64,000 bases of DNA from an uncultured delta proteobacterium (GTDB lineage: Bacteria; Myxococcota_A; Polyangia; Fen-1088), in contig CAVYGB010000010.1 in assembly GCA_963767925.1 (NCBI GenBank), positions 1,344,001 through 1,408,000 on the forward strand, in the 5' to 3' direction. Below, piece after piece: positions 17,805 to 27,804 of the stretch. The notes beneath the pieces were generated by a model. The model searched no databases and had not been told where the DNA came from. It saw only the letters and a list, made by a program, of their open reading frames with translations. Each line of letters starts with the position of its first letter. Position 1 is the first letter of the stretch. The position numbers and the translations under genes were made by a program.

Positions 17805-18537
17805 CGACCGCCGCCGGCGCGCCCAGGGGCTCCAGGCGCCGCAAGGTCCGCGCGTCCGTTGCCCATTGTTTGATCGCGGTGATCGACGGAGACGGCTCGA
17901 GGCCCGAGATTCGCCAGGCATCGAGCACGTACCAGAAGGCGGTGTCCTCGCGCCGGGTGGACTGGAAGAAGCACTCGAAGGCCCCGGTCGAGGCTGCCTC
18001 CGGCAGCCACTGCAACAGCTTGGCGGTCATGAGCATTTCGTCGAGCTCGCGCGCGCCCGAGCAGAAGCGCTCCTCGATGGCCGCCCGCAAGTCGGCGATG
18101 ACCTGCGGTGAGGTGTAGCGGATGGCATCCACCCAGCCGTCGAGCGTCCTCGGATGGGAAACCGCGACCGCGTCCGCGCTCGCCTGAGCACCCAGCTCCT
18201 GCCGCGCCCGCCGCACGTGTTCGGAGAGCCCCTGCAGCAGACCGCGCGCGACGTCGCCCCCGCTGCGGGAGGCCGGGGCCGTCGGAGTGGCCGAATCGGG
18301 ACTCGCACGCCGGGCAACGGCGACCGAGAGACTGACAGCAGCCACGGCGGCGGCCGGGCTGGAGGCGTTCGCGACCGAGGGGCCTGGTTCACCCGCCCTC
18401 TCCAGGCCCCTCGGCGCCAGACCTGTCGCGATCCCGATCGCGAAGCAGGTCGCGATCGCGAGGCCGGCACCGAGGTTCCTACCGCGCGCCCACAGCGCAC
18501 GCGCCCCCCAGCCCGACCTTGCCCGGCCGCTAGCCAC
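17743..18537 (-). CDS. membrane-anchored hypothetical protein
   Basis: C-terminal part of track ORF 17743..19638: TM LAIATCFAIGIATG, then a globular region LDGWVDAIRYTSP...FCSG...FWYVLDAW. Start (GTG 18537) uncertain. Confidence 0.55.
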   Translation of the reverse strand: MASGRARSGWGARALWARGRNLGAGLAIATCFAIGIATGLAPRGLERAGEPGPSVANASSPAAAVAAVSLSVAVARRASPDSATPTAPASRSGGDVARGLLQGLSEHVRRARQELGAQASADAVAVSHPRTLDGWVDAIRYTSPQVIADLRAAIEERFCSGARELDEMLMTAKLLQWLPEAASTGAFECFFQSTRREDTAFWYVLDAWRISGLEPSPSITAIKQWATDARTLRRLEPLGAPAAVDERAGVRRARREGGEAASPR

Positions 18538-18693
18538 CCCGGAGGTATCAAGAGCGGGATCAGAACACGCCCCCCGCACCCACGTGCGAGACGCCCCAGC
18601 AACTTCGCTGTTTCGTAACGGGCGGCTGACTGCCGCTGCGCGGCTTCCGCCTCCCTCCCCTTCTTTGAAGGGGGACCGTGTTAAGGTGGCGGC

Positions 18694-19734
18694 GTGCGCG
18701 TTGCCGAGCTGATTGGTTTGCGGCAGTTCCGGGTCCGCGACGGCGAGCTTGCCGAACCCGGGCCCGGTGAAGTTCAGGTCGAGGTGCAGGCGGTCGGGAT
18801 CTGCGGATCCGACCTGCACGCTTACAGCGAGGGGGGCATCGGCGAGGTGACCTGTGTCTACCCGCAGGTGCTGGGGCACGAGCCGGCGGGGGTGATCGCG
18901 AAGCTGGGCGCCGGCGTGTCGGGCTGGGCGCGCGGCGACTCGGCGTCCTTCGAGCCGGCCCACTATTGCTACCACTGCGAGCCCTGCCTCAAGGGCCGGC
19001 ACAACCTGTGCTCGCGCATCCGCTTCCTGTCGACCCCGGGCGAGCCGGGGTTCTTCCGCGAGCGGGTCAACCTGCCGGTCGAGAACCTGCTGCGGCTGCC
19101 CGACCACCTGCCGGTCACGATGGCCACCATGATCGAGCCGCTGGCGGTGGCCCTGCACTCGCTGTCGCTGGCCCGCCCCACCCTGGGCGAGACCGCGGCG
19201 GTGTTCGGGGCCGGGCCGATCGGCCTGCTCACGGTGGCGGCCCTGAAGCGGGCCGGGGTGGGACGGGTCTTCGCGGTCGAGCCGGTGGCCCACCGCCGGG
19301 AGCTGGCCCGCCTGATGGGCGCCGACGCCCAGCTCGGGGCCAGCCCGGCCGATGCCGCGCGGACCATCCTGGCGGACACCTCCAACCGGGGGGTCGACGT
19401 GGTGTTCGACTGCGCCGCCGCGGCCCAGACCGCCGATGCCAGCCTGCAGGTGGCGACGAGCGGCGGCCGGGTGGTGTTCACGGGCATACCCAGCGAGCGC
19501 CGGGTCTCCCACGATGTCCACCTGTGGCGCCGCAAGGAGCTCACGGTGTTCCAGGTCCGCCGCTCGAACCACCAGAGCGCGGCCGCCCGCGACCTCATCG
19601 CCCGGGACCTGCGCTTCTTCGCGCCGGTGGTCACCCACCAGCGCCCGCTCGAGTCGATCGGCGAGGCCTTCCGGCTTGTCGCGGGCTACGAGGACGGGGT
19701 TGGTAAGCTGGTGGTCCGACCCGACGCCTCATAG
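18694..19734 (+). CDS. zinc-dependent alcohol/polyol dehydrogenase (sorbitol/threonine dehydrogenase-like MDR)
   Basis: GICGSDLH, LGHE, CYHCEPCLKGRHNLC structural-zinc site, IEPL, GAGPIG. Confidence 0.92.
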   Translation: MRVAELIGLRQFRVRDGELAEPGPGEVQVEVQAVGICGSDLHAYSEGGIGEVTCVYPQVLGHEPAGVIAKLGAGVSGWARGDSASFEPAHYCYHCEPCLKGRHNLCSRIRFLSTPGEPGFFRERVNLPVENLLRLPDHLPVTMATMIEPLAVALHSLSLARPTLGETAAVFGAGPIGLLTVAALKRAGVGRVFAVEPVAHRRELARLMGADAQLGASPADAARTILADTSNRGVDVVFDCAAAAQTADASLQVATSGGRVVFTGIPSERRVSHDVHLWRRKELTVFQVRRSNHQSAAARDLIARDLRFFAPVVTHQRPLESIGEAFRLVAGYEDGVGKLVVRPDAS

Positions 19735-19962
19735 GTGCGTCGAATCAGCGCGTCATCGGCTATCTAGTGTAAAACTCAGATGAATTCTTCCGCGCTGAGT
19801 CTGCGCGAGATTTCATCTTCCGAGCGTCGCTTTCTGGTCAGAGGCGGTTTTTTAGCGACAACTAAACCGCTATCAGACCACTATCGGTATACCTGTTAGA
19901 AACGGTCTCAGGCGCGATCCCCACGCCGCCTGACCGGAGCCCATCGTATCGGAGGTCCACAA

Positions 19963-21759
19963 ATGGGTACGAACCATTGGTCCAGCCCTGCTCGACGTTT
20001 CCCCAGCGGCGCTGGTCACAAGGTCGCGCTTCTGCCCTTGCTTCTCGCCATTGCTTGCTCGGGTTCCATTGTCGACTCGCTCCCGGGTGCGCCGGGCGCG
20101 GGTCCAGGCCCCGGCGGGGTCGATCCGGTAACGGGTCTGCCTCCGGCCCCGCCGCCGAGCACCCCCGGCGCACCGCCCGCGCTCCCCGAGACCGCGCCCG
20201 TCACTGGCCCCGTGGCCAGCCGCGCCGGCGCCTCCAGCCGGTTCGTGCGGTTGAACCACCGGCAATGGGAGAACACGGTTCGTGACCTCCTGAAGCTGCA
20301 GCAGCCGAGCGGTCTTTCGCGGCAGTTCGTCAACGAGGGCGTCCGCACCGCGTTCGACACCCACGGCGGCGAGCTCGAGATCTCGGCCCAGCTCTGGCAG
20401 GACTACAACAAGGCGGCAGCCGCCCTGGCCAGCCAGGTGGTCCGAGACACGGCCAAGCTCAACGCCCTGCTGCCGGCCAACGCGCCTACCGAGCCCGAGG
20501 CCCGCGCCCGCGCGTTCATCAACAGCTTTGGCACGCGCGCCTTCCGGCGCCCGCTCACCGAGGCCGAGACGAGCCAGTTCCTGGCCCTCTACCGCAAGGG
20601 CCCCGAGATGGGCGGCACCAACGCCCTGGCCGACGGCCTGGAGCTGGTGGTCACCGCCTTCCTGAACTCGCCGCACGTGCTGTACCGGACCGAGCTGAGC
20701 GGAACGGTCAACAACGGCAAGATCGCCCTGTCGGACTACGAGGTGGCCTCCCGCCTGTCGTACGGCCTGACCAACAGCATGCCGGATGACCAGCTGTTCG
20801 AGGCCGCCGGGACCAAGCAGCTCCACACCCGCGACCAGGTCATCAATCAGGCCCGCCGCCTGCTCGAGTCGCCGGCCGGCATCGCCACCGTGCGCGACCT
20901 GCACGACCAGATGATGAAGGACGTCGACCCGACCGAGCTGGTCCGGGACGCGAATCTGCACCCCCTGTTCAAGCCGGGCCTCGGCGCCGACATGAAGCAG
21001 GAGGCGCTGGCCTTCGTGAACGAGGTCGTCTTCGGCCAGGGCAAGGGCGTCAGCGAGCTGCTGACCGCGCCCTACACCATGGTGAACGCCAAGCTGGCGC
21101 CCCTTTACGGCGTGAACGTGCCGGGCGGCGGTCAGGCTGACCGGTTCGTCAAGGTCCAGCTCGATCCCGGGCAGCGGGCCGGCATGTACACCCAGCTCGG
21201 CTTCCTCTCGGAGACCAGCACCGACTTCAACCCGCGACCCATCAAGCGTGGCGTCGTGCTGAGCGAGTTCCTGCTCTGCAACAAGGTGCCGCCGCCCCCG
21301 CCCGAGGCGAACCAGACCCCCATCCCCGCCGTCCCCGGCGGCACCAACCGCCAGAACTTCGAGGCGGCCACCGAGGCCCCCGGCACGGTCTGCGCCGGCT
21401 GCCACGGCACGCTCATCAACCCGCTCGGCTTCGCCTTCGAGAACTTCGACGGGCTCGGCCGCTTCCGGACCGAGGAGAACGGCCGGCCCATCAACAGCGC
21501 CTCCCGCTACGAGTTCGCCGAGGGCGTCCGGGAGTTCAACAGCGCGGTCGAGCTGATGAAGCTCGCCGCCGAGGGCCGCCAGGCCCACGACTGCTACTCC
21601 AAGCACCTTTTCGAGTACGTCTACGGCCGGTCCGTGGATCCGACGACCGACGACGCGCTCGTCACCGAGCTCGGCCGGCGCTCGCGCCAGAAGGTGGCCG
21701 TCAAGGACCTCGTCCTCGACCTGGTCGCGACCGAAGCGTTCCTCAACCGTCTGCCCTAA
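19963..21759 (+). CDS. DUF1587/1595/1592/1588/1585 multidomain lipoprotein with CxxCH
   Basis: LAIAC lipobox; RLNHRQWENTVRDLL, FGTRAFRRPL, YEVASRLSY, PIKRG, CAGCHGTLINPLGFAFENFDGLG. Confidence 0.9.
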   Translation: MGTNHWSSPARRFPSGAGHKVALLPLLLAIACSGSIVDSLPGAPGAGPGPGGVDPVTGLPPAPPPSTPGAPPALPETAPVTGPVASRAGASSRFVRLNHRQWENTVRDLLKLQQPSGLSRQFVNEGVRTAFDTHGGELEISAQLWQDYNKAAAALASQVVRDTAKLNALLPANAPTEPEARARAFINSFGTRAFRRPLTEAETSQFLALYRKGPEMGGTNALADGLELVVTAFLNSPHVLYRTELSGTVNNGKIALSDYEVASRLSYGLTNSMPDDQLFEAAGTKQLHTRDQVINQARRLLESPAGIATVRDLHDQMMKDVDPTELVRDANLHPLFKPGLGADMKQEALAFVNEVVFGQGKGVSELLTAPYTMVNAKLAPLYGVNVPGGGQADRFVKVQLDPGQRAGMYTQLGFLSETSTDFNPRPIKRGVVLSEFLLCNKVPPPPPEANQTPIPAVPGGTNRQNFEAATEAPGTVCAGCHGTLINPLGFAFENFDGLGRFRTEENGRPINSASRYEFAEGVREFNSAVELMKLAAEGRQAHDCYSKHLFEYVYGRSVDPTTDDALVTELGRRSRQKVAVKDLVLDLVATEAFLNRLP

Positions 21760-21778
21760 TCCGCAGGAGCATCTGAAC

Positions 21779-23170
21779 ATGGCAAAGCGAACGGCAGAGA
21801 TGGATCGTCGGCGGTTCCTCCGGGGCGTCGGTGGAGTGGCTCTTGCGCTGCCCGCGCTGGAGGCCTTCACCTCCCGCAAGGCAATGGCCCAGGCGGCCGG
21901 CAAGACCTACGTGGCCTTCATGTGCGAGCAGAACGGGACCGTCCCGGAGCGCTTCTACCCGAAGTCGGTCGGGCCGCTGACCGCCGAGAGCATGATGGGC
22001 AGCGCGGTGGAGGATCTGATCCCCCACGCGCCCGACCTGATGGTCGTCCGGGGGATCAACTGGACCCACGGCAACGGCGTCGGCTGCGGCCACTCATCGG
22101 GCTGCAACACGGCGTTGACCGCCTCGCAGGCTCGGGGCTCGGGCAACCGGTCGCTGCCGAGGGGACCGTCGGCCGATCTCCGCATCGCGGAGATCCTCAA
22201 GCGAGACCCGCTCAACCTGTACGCCGGCAAGAAGAGCTCCTACCTCGGGGACGCCTTCGCCTACGACAACACCGGCAAGGTCCGCCCCGCCGACAACAAC
22301 CCGTTCAACGTCTACAGCCGGCTGACCGGCCTGGATCGGGCCATGGCCGCCACCCCCGGGATGGCGCCCCAGATCGCCAATCGGCAGAAGTCGATCAACG
22401 ACCTCGTGCGGGTGCAGCTCAACGACCTGCTCAAGCGGACCGACCTCAGCCGGGAGGACCGCCGCCGCCTCGACGTGCACCTGACCAGCGTGCGCGACCT
22501 GGAGATGGGGCTGACCCGCCCGACCGAGCCGGTGGGCCCCATCGGCAACGCCGAGATCGCCGCCCAGGTCATGCGGCTCAAGGACCAGCCCGACTCGGAC
22601 GCGAACATGGAAGAGGCCACCCGGGCCCAGCTCACCATCATCGCGCTGGCCTTCGCCACCGACCAGTCCCAGGTCGCCACCCTGCAGGTGGGCGGCGGCA
22701 ACTCCGCCATGAAGTACATGGTCGACGGCAAGCTCTCCCCCTCGCACCACTTCGTCTCGCACCACGTGCTGAGCGACGGGGCCAGCGGGACGCCCATCCC
22801 CAACGCCACCGACCTGCACTTCAAGATCACCCGCATCCACTCCCGCTTCTTCAAGCACTTCGTGGATCAGCTCAAGGCGTTCAAGACCGTCGACGGCCGC
22901 CCGCTGCTCGACGCGACCGGCGCCGTCTGGATGAACTCGCTGTCCAACGGCCCCCCTCACGGCACCAACAACGTGCCCCACGTCATCGCCGGCACCGCGA
23001 ACGGCTTCCTCAAGAAGGGCGTTCACATCGACGCCTCCGGCTCGCGCAACAGCCAGTTCCTCAACACGATGATCACCGCGGCAGTCGGCGGACGTTCGGC
23101 CGCCACCCCCGTGATGAACTTCGGCGACGCCGGCGTCCCCACGGGCTTCATCCCCGCCATGCTGGCCTGA
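21779..23170 (+). CDS. DUF1552 domain Tat-exported protein
   Basis: DRRRFLRGVGGVALALPALEA twin-arginine start; DRRRLDVHLTSVRDLE, AFATD..QVATLQ; usual partner position after the DUF1592 gene. Confidence 0.9.
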   Translation: MAKRTAEMDRRRFLRGVGGVALALPALEAFTSRKAMAQAAGKTYVAFMCEQNGTVPERFYPKSVGPLTAESMMGSAVEDLIPHAPDLMVVRGINWTHGNGVGCGHSSGCNTALTASQARGSGNRSLPRGPSADLRIAEILKRDPLNLYAGKKSSYLGDAFAYDNTGKVRPADNNPFNVYSRLTGLDRAMAATPGMAPQIANRQKSINDLVRVQLNDLLKRTDLSREDRRRLDVHLTSVRDLEMGLTRPTEPVGPIGNAEIAAQVMRLKDQPDSDANMEEATRAQLTIIALAFATDQSQVATLQVGGGNSAMKYMVDGKLSPSHHFVSHHVLSDGASGTPIPNATDLHFKITRIHSRFFKHFVDQLKAFKTVDGRPLLDATGAVWMNSLSNGPPHGTNNVPHVIAGTANGFLKKGVHIDASGSRNSQFLNTMITAAVGGRSAATPVMNFGDAGVPTGFIPAMLA

Positions 23171-23215
23171 CCGACCGAGGTCAGCACGCTGCCGGTCAAA
23201 CCGGGTAGCGACTCG

Positions 23216-23255
23216 ACAGGGTCCCACGCGAGAGCGTCGGACCCTGTTTCATTTT
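23216..23255 (+). terminator. rho-independent terminator
   Basis: ACAGGGTCC-C-ACGC-GAGA-GCGT-C-GGACCCTGT stem with GNRA loop, followed by TTCATTTT. Confidence 0.75.
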
Positions 23256-23292
23256 CCGGCCCCTTTTCCCGGCCCGTGCCGCGTGCGTGCGC

Positions 23293-24669
23293 TCAGCGGC
23301 GGGTGGGGGGTGGGGTGCGGCCGCGGCGTTTTGGGGGGGTGGGGGTGGGGTCGGGAGGGGGGGCGTCTTCTTCGGGGTCGCTCACGTCGGGGGGCGGGGG
23401 GACGGGGGTGGGCGGGGGCTTGATGCGCTCGACTTCGATGCTGGGGCGGCGGGGGGGGGCGGCGGCGAAGGCGGCCGGGGCCCGGAAGCGGAGGCGGCCG
23501 GTGACCGAGGCGAGGAAGGCGCCCAGGCCGAAGGTGCCGAGGGCGCCGGCGGCCATGAGGAGCTGGCGCCGCTCGACGGCCAGGCGGGAGATGGCGGCGA
23601 CGGCGGGGACGGTGGGCAGGGTCAGGCCGGCGCGGCGGCGGGGCTTGGGGGCGGCGCCCTCGACCTGGGGCTCGAGCAGCGAGCCCTCGCCGGGGAAATA
23701 CGAGGAGACGGTGTCGCCCAGCTCCCGGGGGTCGACGCCGCCGGCGCTGGCGACGAAGGCGTCGAGCTCCTGGCGCAGCTCATCGGCGCTGGCGTAGCGC
23801 CCGCTGCGGTCGCGCGCGAGGGCCTTCATGACGATGCGCTCGAGCTCCGGCGGGACGGCGGCGTAGTCGGAGGGCCGGGGGACGGGGTCCACCAGCAGGG
23901 CGTTCATGATGCGGTACTCGTCGGGGCGCACGAACAGACGGCGTCCGCACAGCAGCTCCCAGAGCACGATCCCCAGGCCGAACACGTCGACCCGGGCGTC
24001 GAGGGGGAGCCCCTTGACCTGCTCGGGGGCCATGTAGCCACTCTTGCCCTTGCGGGCGCCGGTCTTGGTGCGGGTGACCCGGCCCAGCGCCTGGGCGATG
24101 CCGAAGTCGATGACCTTCACCTGCCCGGTGAAGGAGATGAGGATGTTCTGGGGGGAGACGTCGCGGTGGACGATGTGCAGCGGCTTGCCGTCGGCGTCCT
24201 TGCAGCCGTGGGCGTAGTGCAGCCCCTGGGCGGCGCGGGAGATGATGTAGGCGGACATGCGGGCGTCCATGCGGCGCCCGGTGCGCTCGCCCCGGACCAT
24301 CGACGCCGAGAGCGCCCGCCCGTCGACCAGCTCGAGCACCAGCAGGCAACCGTTGGGCCCCTGGACGATCTCGTGCACCTTGGCCACGTTCGGGTGGTCG
24401 AGCACCGAGGCGATGCGCGCCTCGTCCATGAACATGTTGAGGAACTCGGCCTGGGCGGCCAGCTCTGGCAACGGTCGCTTGATCACGACCGGGCTGGCCG
24501 AGCCGTCCTTTTCGCGGCGCATGGCCACGAAGACCTCCGCCATCCCACCCGCGCCTACCCGCCTCAAGATGTGGAACCGCTCCGGGAAGGCGACGCGCGT
24601 CAGATCCGTCGGAGGCTCCATCTCACCCGCGACCGGCTTGCCGGCGGCGGGATCCATCGATTTTTTCAT
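23293..24669 (-). CDS. Hanks-type serine/threonine protein kinase with C-terminal TM and Pro-rich tail
   Basis: VGAGGMAEVF, VVIK, HRDVSPQN, DFGIA, GYMAPEQ, DVFGLG. Confidence 0.95.
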   Translation of the reverse strand: MKKSMDPAAGKPVAGEMEPPTDLTRVAFPERFHILRRVGAGGMAEVFVAMRREKDGSASPVVIKRPLPELAAQAEFLNMFMDEARIASVLDHPNVAKVHEIVQGPNGCLLVLELVDGRALSASMVRGERTGRRMDARMSAYIISRAAQGLHYAHGCKDADGKPLHIVHRDVSPQNILISFTGQVKVIDFGIAQALGRVTRTKTGARKGKSGYMAPEQVKGLPLDARVDVFGLGIVLWELLCGRRLFVRPDEYRIMNALLVDPVPRPSDYAAVPPELERIVMKALARDRSGRYASADELRQELDAFVASAGGVDPRELGDTVSSYFPGEGSLLEPQVEGAAPKPRRRAGLTLPTVPAVAAISRLAVERRQLLMAAGALGTFGLGAFLASVTGRLRFRAPAAFAAAPPRRPSIEVERIKPPPTPVPPPPDVSDPEEDAPPPDPTPTPPKRRGRTPPPTRR

Positions 24670-24856
24670 GGCTCTGTTGTGTAGTTTATTTTACATAACT
24701 TATTTCCATAAGACAGGGAGATTCGTACGCCAGGATGCTTCCGACTTTGCGATTGACCCTTTCGCGCCGCGGTCCTTAAATCGGCCCCCTCGGTGAGACA
24801 TCGGGGGCCAGGGTGGGCAGGACGGTGCGCGCGGGACGCCGCCTCAGGAGAGGGTC

Positions 24857-26092
24857 ATGGCTTTGAATCGACGCAGCTTCGTGGTTTCGGGCATGACGGC
24901 CGCTGCTTATGCGCGCATCGCCGGGGCCAACGATCGGATGCAGGTGGCCGTCGTCGGCCCGGGCAGCCACGGCGTCGGGCTGGTGCGGGGCTTCCAGCGG
25001 TTCGCCGGCGAGTTGAACGCCGAGCTGGTGGCGGTGTGCGACCTGTGGAGCAAGCGGCGCGACTCGACCGCCGCGCTGGTCAAGGAGCTGTCCGGGCGGG
25101 AGCCGGCTCGCCTCGGCCGCTACGAGGACGTGCTCGCCCGCACGGACCTCGACGGGGTCATCCTCGCGACGCCCGATCACCAGCACGCCCGCCAGCTCAT
25201 CCAGGCGATCCGGGCAGGCAAGGACGTGTACTGCGAAAAGCCGATGGGCAACGTGCTGTCGGAGGTGAAGGCCGCCTACCGGGCGGCGAAGGCCTCCCGG
25301 CAGGTGGTCCAGCTCGGCACCCAGGCCATGAGCAATGGCAACTACCAGGCCGCGCGCGAGGTCGTGCGCTCGGGCCGGCTGGGCGCCATCACCCGCGTCT
25401 CGCACGAGGGCAGCTTCAACGGTCCCCGCTGGCGCCCCCTGCCGGCGGTCAAGGAGATCCGCGAGCAGGACACCGACTGGAAGGCCTGGCTGATGGGGCG
25501 GCGCCAGCGCGCCTTCGACCCGCAGCTCTACTTCGAGTTTCGCCTGTACCGGGAGTTCTCCAACGGCATCGCCGACCAGTGGCTCACCCACGCGGTGGCC
25601 GGCGTCCACCACATCATGGACGACCCCTTCCCGGTCAGCGTGACCGCGCACGGCGGCGTCATGCTCCACAAGGACGGGCGCGAGAACCCCGACACCTTCC
25701 ACGCCACCTTCCTCTATCCCAAGGGGTTCCTCTTCGACTATTCGGCGATGTTCGGCAACGACTACCCCGGCCACATCCGCTACTACGGCCAGAACGGGAC
25801 CATCGAGCGCGGCGCGGGCGAGAACCCGGGCTACCTGGTCAAGGGGCTGGGCGGGGGCACCCGCCCGGAGCGGCTGAAGGAGGAGACCGCCTTGAAGCCG
25901 CTCAACCCGACGCACCACATGCGCAACTGGCTCGACTGCATGCGCACGCGCAAGACGCCGAACGCCGACCTGCTCAGCGGCTACGGGCACTCGGTCGTGT
26001 CGATGATGGCGGCGCGCGCCGAGATCTCGGGCAAGCGGATCTACTGGGACGCGAAACGGGAAGAGATTGTCGACCGGCCCGTAGCGTCGTAA
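24857..26092 (+). CDS. Gfo/Idh/MocA family oxidoreductase, Tat-exported
   Basis: NRRSFV twin-arginine motif; GANDRMQVAVVG, ATPDHQH, DVYCEKPM. Confidence 0.92.
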   Translation: MALNRRSFVVSGMTAAAYARIAGANDRMQVAVVGPGSHGVGLVRGFQRFAGELNAELVAVCDLWSKRRDSTAALVKELSGREPARLGRYEDVLARTDLDGVILATPDHQHARQLIQAIRAGKDVYCEKPMGNVLSEVKAAYRAAKASRQVVQLGTQAMSNGNYQAAREVVRSGRLGAITRVSHEGSFNGPRWRPLPAVKEIREQDTDWKAWLMGRRQRAFDPQLYFEFRLYREFSNGIADQWLTHAVAGVHHIMDDPFPVSVTAHGGVMLHKDGRENPDTFHATFLYPKGFLFDYSAMFGNDYPGHIRYYGQNGTIERGAGENPGYLVKGLGGGTRPERLKEETALKPLNPTHHMRNWLDCMRTRKTPNADLLSGYGHSVVSMMAARAEISGKRIYWDAKREEIVDRPVAS

Positions 26093-26174
26093 GAGAAAGC
26101 CCCCACCCGGCAACCCGACGCCCCCGGCGGCGAGTAGACTTTGACCCCGCCAGCGGCAGGGACCGCCTGCACCC

Positions 26175-27803
26175 GTGACGTCCACAATAGAAGAAAATAA
26201 GAAGGCCCTCGTCTACCACCCCACCCAGGCCGACCTGCCGGCCGGGCCCGTGGTGGGGGCGCGCTGGGGGATCGTGCTCTTCACGCTGGCGCTGGCGGCG
26301 GCGCTGGGGCTGACCCTGTCGAGCCTGCCCCAGGGGGCGGTGGCGGCGGTGGTGCAGGGCGGGCCAGTCAAGCCCACGAGCTGGTTCGACCACGGGGCGG
26401 TGGCGCTGCTGTCGCTGATGGGGGCCTCGGCCCTGGGGCTGTACGCCTATCTGTTCCTGCCCCGCGCCGCCACCAACTTCCGCCGCATGCTGCTGCTGGC
26501 CCTGGTGGTGCTGGCCTGGTTGATGGTAGCCAAGCTGTTCCTGGCGGTCACCCTGCCCGACCACAACCGCCGCTACCTGGCCTTCATGTTGCCGATGGCC
26601 GCCGCCCCCATGCTGGTGGCGGTCCTGCTCGACCTGGGGCTGGGGCTGGTGGTGACCCTCGTGCTGGGGTTGCTCACCACCTACCTGGGCTTCTCCCGGC
26701 TCGACCCGGGGCTGTCGCTGCAGCTCCCGCGCGACGTGCTGCAGATGGCGACGGTGTTCCTGCTGGGGGGCGTGGCGGGGGTCTTCGTGGTCAAGCGGGC
26801 CGAGCGGGCCAGCCGCTACCTGATGGCCGGAGCCTCGGTCGCGGGGGTCACCTTCGCCTCCCTTCTGACCTTCTGGCTGATGTCGAGCGACCGGCGGGCC
26901 ATGGACCTCCTGTGGATGTTCTCGGCCAGCAGCCTCGGCGGCGTGCTGTCGGCGGTGGTCGGGATGGGGGCGGGCAGCATCGTGGGGCCGATCTTCGGCA
27001 TCACAACCCGCATCCAGCTCATGGCGCTGGCTCAGCTCAACCACCCGCTGCTGCGGCGGCTGCAGGAGGAGGCGCCGGGGACCTTCCACCACAGCGTCAT
27101 CGTGGGCAACCTGGCCGAGCGCGCGGCCGACCTGATCGACGCCGACGCCCTGCTGGTGCGGGCGGGCTGCTACTTTCACGACATCGGCAAGCTGGTCAAG
27201 CCGTCTTATTACATCGAGAACCAGCGAGACGGCGACAGCCCCTACGACCAGCTCAGCCCCCAGGCCAGCGCCCGCCTGGTGATCGAACACGTCTCGGCCG
27301 GCATGGACCTGGCGAAGCGGCACAGCGTGCCCGAACGGGTGCGGGCCTTCATCCCCGAGCACCACGGCACCCGGCTGGTGACCTACTTCTTCCGCAAGGC
27401 CTTCTCCGCCGACCCCAACGTCGACTCGGAGCCTTTCCGCTACCTCGGCCCCAAGCCGCAGAGCCGGGAGACGGCCATCGTGATGCTGGCCGATTCGGTG
27501 GAGGCGGTGGTGCGGTCGAGCCACGACCGGTCGCCGGGGCGGATCGAGGCGCTGGTCCAGGCGGTCATCGGCGAGCGGGCCGCCGAGGGCCAGCTCGAGC
27601 AGTGTGAGCTGACGCTGCGGGACCTCAAGACCATCCGCGATTCGTTCATCGCCACCCTGCGCGGGGTGTACCACGCCCGCATCGAATACCCCGCCCCCTC
27701 GGCGGCCGAGCAGAGCGTTGTGGCCGCCCTCATGAGCGCCCCCCCTCCCCTCCCCCGTCCCATGGACGGCACCGCGCCCCCCGAAGAAGCCAACCCCGCC
27801 TGA
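26175..27803 (+). CDS. 7TM-HD (HDIG) phosphohydrolase, PgpH/YqfF-like
   Basis: Multiple TM helices, then EEAPGTFHHS, YFHDIGK, YYIENQ, EHHGT, PKPQSRE, LADSVEA. Confidence 0.88.
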   Translation: MTSTIEENKKALVYHPTQADLPAGPVVGARWGIVLFTLALAAALGLTLSSLPQGAVAAVVQGGPVKPTSWFDHGAVALLSLMGASALGLYAYLFLPRAATNFRRMLLLALVVLAWLMVAKLFLAVTLPDHNRRYLAFMLPMAAAPMLVAVLLDLGLGLVVTLVLGLLTTYLGFSRLDPGLSLQLPRDVLQMATVFLLGGVAGVFVVKRAERASRYLMAGASVAGVTFASLLTFWLMSSDRRAMDLLWMFSASSLGGVLSAVVGMGAGSIVGPIFGITTRIQLMALAQLNHPLLRRLQEEAPGTFHHSVIVGNLAERAADLIDADALLVRAGCYFHDIGKLVKPSYYIENQRDGDSPYDQLSPQASARLVIEHVSAGMDLAKRHSVPERVRAFIPEHHGTRLVTYFFRKAFSADPNVDSEPFRYLGPKPQSRETAIVMLADSVEAVVRSSHDRSPGRIEALVQAVIGERAAEGQLEQCELTLRDLKTIRDSFIATLRGVYHARIEYPAPSAAEQSVVAALMSAPPPLPRPMDGTAPPEEANPA

Positions 27804-27804
27804 G

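Noticed and set aside
17743..19638. 631-aa minus-strand ORF as a single gene
   Set aside because: The first ~320 codons are antisense to the zinc dehydrogenase gene; only the part below about 18540 looks coding.
19843..19870. Imperfect inverted repeat GCGGTTT...AAACCGC upstream of the DUF1592 gene
   Set aside because: Single occurrence with a bulged stem and no adjacent regulator, too weak to call.
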